A DNA stretch of 64,000 bases. Source: Scenedesmus sp. PABB004 (lineage: Eukaryota). The notes below the pieces were generated by a model. It was not told the DNA's origin and did no database searches. It was given only the letters and a program-made list of their open reading frames with translations. The position numbers were made by a program, and so were the translations under genes. Shown one piece after another: positions 60,516-64,000 of this stretch. The DNA is taken from NCBI GenBank assembly GCA_014905635.1, contig JABVCE010000009.1, positions 558,001 to 622,000 on the forward strand. The letters are read 5' to 3'. Each line of letters starts with the position of its first letter. The stretch's first letter is position 1.

Positions 60516-60742
60516 TGCGTGCAAGGCCGCTGTCTGGCTGCGAGCGGCGGCACTGCCAAGACGCCGCGTCAAGCCGCCCACGAGGGCTGCGCGGCGGACG
60601 CTGGCTGCGCGACCCAAACTGGGCGACTGAACACGACGGCCGAGCACACCAGCGGGCGGCGAGCTGCGGTTCCGGCATGTGACCGCCCGACCGCTGCCTG
60701 GTCGCGCGCCGCGCCGGCGCCCCTCGCCGCCGCAGCCGCCGC

Positions 60743-61396
60743 TCAGCTGCCCGCCGCCTCTGCCTCGCCGCCGCTGCTTCCGCTGCCGCCGTCGCCGCCG
60801 CCGCTCGCCCCGCCGCCACCCTCGCCGCCGCCCTCGCCGCCGCCCGCGCCGAGCTTGGCGAGGCCGTGCCCCAGCAGCGCGCGCGTGTCCGCGTCGGCGC
60901 TCGACAGGCCCGCCTCGAGGCGCGCGAGCTGCGCGTCCAGGCTGCACGCGGGCGGGTGGCGGCGCGTGAGCCGCGCCGCGCCGCGCAGCGAGCGGCGCGC
61001 TCGGGCCTCCGCAGCGGCGGGCGCGGCCACGCCGCCCGCCGCGCCGCTGCCGCCCGCCGCCCGCTGCAGCGCCGCGCTGGCCGCGCGCCGGCCGCACCTC
61101 TCGAGCTGCTCCGCGAGCTGCGCGTCGCTCAGCGGCGCCGGCGCGCCGCCGCCCGGCTGCGCCGCGCCGCCCGGCGGCGCCGCGCCGCCCGGCGGCGCCG
61201 CCGCGAGCGCCGCCATCGCGGCGGTCGAGTCGGCCAGCTGGCGCAGCAGCGCGCGCGCCTCGGCGTCGGGCGCGCCCGCGTCGGCCTCCAGCGCCGCCAG
61301 GCCCGCGCGCAGGAAGGCGAGCAGCTCGTCGCCGCCGGGCAGCTCGGGCAGCGCCGCCGGCGCCGCCGGCTCCTCGTCCTGCGCCGCCGCGGCCAT
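60743..61396 (-). CDS. Small hypothetical helical protein (2 exons)
   Basis: MAAAAQDEEP..GDELLAFLRAGLAALE..LAEQLE|SLDAQLARLEAGL..*. Canonical GT-AG intron ~60942-61097. No family recognised. Confidence 0.6.
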   Translation of the reverse strand: MAAAAQDEEPAAPAALPELPGGDELLAFLRAGLAALEADAGAPDAEARALLRQLADSTAAMAALAAAPPGGAAPPGGAAQPGGGAPAPLSDAQLAEQLERCGRRAASAALQRAAGGSGAAGGVAAPAAAEARARRSLRGAARLTRRHPPACSLDAQLARLEAGLSSADADTRALLGHGLAKLGAGGGEGGGEGGGGASGGGDGGSGSSGGEAEAAGS

Positions 61397-61999
61397 GGAG
61401 CGGTGCTGCGCGCAGCCGGCGCGCAGCAAGCGGCGAGCACGCAGCAGCAGCGGCGGGCGGCCCGCGTGCGCTGCTCTGCTCGACTGTTGGCGCTGCTGTC
61501 GTAAGGAGGCAGAGATCACGGTCGGGCGGTGGTGGTGCGCGAGCGGCGGCGGCGGGGCAGTGCGCGGCGCGAGCGAGCGCCGCAGCCAAAAGCAGCGAGC
61601 GAGCGGCGCGCGCTTCAGGGCGCCGCCGCCGTAACCTCCCTGCCCGCCTGGCGCGCGCCACACAGCCCTCGCCGGCTCGCAGCGCTCCACCACCACACCG
61701 CTCGCGCCGAGCGCGCCCGCGCACGCGCCGCCGCTTGGTGCCGCTGCCGCGCGCTGAGGGGCTGCTGCTGCTGCTGCCTGAACAGGGCCCCTGAGCTGTG
61801 CCGGGACGCGCACGGATCGTCCAGTCGCCGCAGAGGCCGGGCCGCGGCAGGGCAGCGCGGGTGGGGGCGCCAACAGCAGCGGCGGCAGCGCACCCGCAAG
61901 CGGGGACGCTGCGGGCGCGGGGCGGCGGCCCTGCCGCTCGCCGCCACGGCTTCGCCTAATCGCCGCCGTCGCACCCGCGACCGCAGCGGGCCCGGCGGC

Positions 62000-62810
62000 A
62001 TGGCGTTGCCGGCGCGGCGCCGGGCGCTGCTGCTGCTGCTGCTGGTCTGCTGCCTCTGCGGCGCGCGGTGCGCGGCGGGCTTCTACCTGCCCGGCGTGGC
62101 GCCTCAGGACTTCAAGAAGGGCGACGCCATCTTCCTGAAGGTCAACAAGGTGCGCCGCGCCGCCTGCAGCTCGCAGCCGCCGCGCGGCGCCAACCGCCCA
62201 ACCCAGCCGCCGCCACGGCGCGCGCAGCTGAGCTCGACCAAGACTCAGCTTCCGTACCAGTACTACTCGCTACCGTACTGCCGGCCGGAGAGGATTGTGC
62301 CGTTTGCGGAGAACCTGGGCGAGGTCCTGCGCGGGGACCGCATCGAGAACAGGCGCGCGCCGCGCCGCGCCGCAGCGGCAGCGGCAGCAGCGGGCCGCGC
62401 GCGACGGGCGGGCGTCAACGCCACTCACGCGCGCCGGCCGCGCCACCGCGCCCGCGCCCTCGTGCCCGTGGCGCAGCCTGTATCAAATCCAGATGCGCGT
62501 GGACGAGCAGTGCAAGGCGCGGCGCGGCCGGACCGGGCGGCGGCGGGCGCGCCGGCGGGCGCCGGCTGGCGGCTGCCGGCGGGCGCCCGCAGCTGCGGCG
62601 GGCGCCGGCGGCACCAGCCCGACCCGGCCGCCCCGCCCCGCGCCGCGCCGCCCGCAGGTGCTGTGCCGCATCGAGTCGCTGAGCGAGGCGCAGGCGGACG
62701 CGTTTGTGGAGAAGATTGACGACGACTACAAGGTCAACATGTGAGAGCCGTGCGGGCGCGGCGGCGTGCGGGCGCGTGCAGGCGTGGGCGCGGGCCAACG
62801 CGTGCGCGGC

Positions 62811-62848
<38 letters not shown>

Positions 62849-64000
62849 CAGCAGCAGGAGCAGCAGCAGGAGCAGCAGCAGGAGCAGCAGCAGGAGCAGC
62901 GGCAGTGCCGCCCACGCGCCCGCGCGCGCCCCAGGATCCTGGACAACCTGCCCGTCGCGATGGTCAAGCTGGTGGTCAAGGGCGACGCCGGCGGCGCGCG
63001 CAAGGCGTACGAGCGCGGCTGGTACGTCGGCTTCAAGGTGCGCCGCCGGGCGCCGCACCAGCACGCTGCACCCTCCCGCGCCCGCGCCGCGGCGGGCAGG
63101 AGGCGCGGTCGCCTCAACGCGCCGCCGCCGCCGCTCCCCGCCGGCCGCCGGCCGCCAGGCCACGGTTGAGGGCCAGTCTGGCGTCAAGTTCTTCCTGCAC
63201 AACCACCTGCGGTTCAACATCCTCTACAACCGCGACGCAGCGACCGACCTCTCCCGCATCGTGGGCTTTGAGGTGTGCCGCGCGCGCCTGGGCGGCGGCG
63301 CCGGCGCGCCCCGGCTCCGGGGCCCTGCTCTGACGCGGCCCCGCACGCCGCCGCCGCGCGACACAACAAACGCCGCCCGCTGCCAGGTCGAGGCGTTCAG
63401 CGTGAAGCACGGCTACGAGGCGCCGTGGGACCCGCGCGCGCCGGTGCTGACGACGTGCAACGCCAACCGCATGGTCGCGGTGAGCCACAGCCAGCCGCCG
63501 CAGCCGGTCGAGCGCGGCGCGGAGGTGGTCTTCAGCTACGACGTCAAGTTCACGGTGCGGCGGCGCGCAGCTCACGCCGCACGCTGCGCCGCGCCGCGCC
63601 GCGCGGGGCTCAGCGCGCCCGCTCACGCTCACGCTCGCGCTCCCTCCGCCGCCCCCGATTGCGCCCGCGCCGCGCGCGCGCGTGTTCGCCGCGCAGCAAA
63701 GCACGATCCGCTGGGCGTCGCGGTGGGACACGTACCTGCAGATGACGGACGACCAGATCCACTGGTTCAGGTGGGCTTTGTTTCTGTTCAGTGTTGAATC
63801 AAAAATGCGCAGGGGCGGGCCCGCGCACGCGCCGCGGCGGGCGGCGCAGGGCCGCGGCGCGGCGCGACCGCCGAGGGACTCGTGCCGCCGCCGCGCCGCC
63901 GCGCGCCCGCCGCCGCGGCCGCCGCGGCCGCCACAGCATCGTGAACAGCGTCATGATAGTGCTGTTCCTTTCGGGCATGGTCGCGATGATCATGGTGCGC
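62000..64000 (+). CDS. Transmembrane 9 superfamily / endomembrane protein 70, 5' part
   Basis: Signal peptide, then [69 protein letters not shown] and [33 protein letters not shown]. Confidence 0.96.
62811..62902. repeat. (CAG)n / (GAGCAGCAGCAG)n intronic repeat
   Basis: Visible directly in a TM9SF intron. Confidence 0.9.

Noticed and set aside
62811..62902. Poly-Gln or poly-Cys ORFs
   Set aside because: They lie within a TM9SF intron between KVNM and ILDNLP.

Overview
This is eukaryotic nuclear DNA that is very GC-rich and intron-dense. It most resembles a chlorophyte green alga of the Raphidocelis/Monoraphidium type (inference). Most long ORFs in the six-frame track are GC artefacts, so I rebuilt genes by joining conserved peptide motifs across splice sites. 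About 16 spliced protein genes lie in this order: adenosine kinase (3' part), PIBF1/CEP90-like, TLDc protein, RAD54, OvoA-C-like methyltransferase, DUF3754/TMEM143-like, secreted GH79, multi-cNMP-binding protein, GATA factor, CID-type RRM protein, a giant SQ/TQ-rich tandem-BRCT+BAH protein, NAMPT, ABCG half-transporter, a small hypothetical protein and TM9SF (5' part). There is also one doubtful ORF at about 7.6-8.1 kb. I saw no rRNA, tRNA, CRISPR array or transposase. Main observations: (1) a near-perfect inverted repeat with ~630-650 bp arms that encloses the whole GATA gene; (2) at least 16 GC-AG introns, all with the donor AG|GCGCG; (3) intronic TTTAGGG-like motifs oriented G-strand near donors and C-strand near acceptors; (4) 11-nt and 18-nt micro-exons in RAD54 helicase motifs; (5) an MDC1/53BP1-like protein with a BAH domain; (6) repeated single-base frameshifts that are probably assembly errors. 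Gene coordinates are start-to-stop spans including introns.
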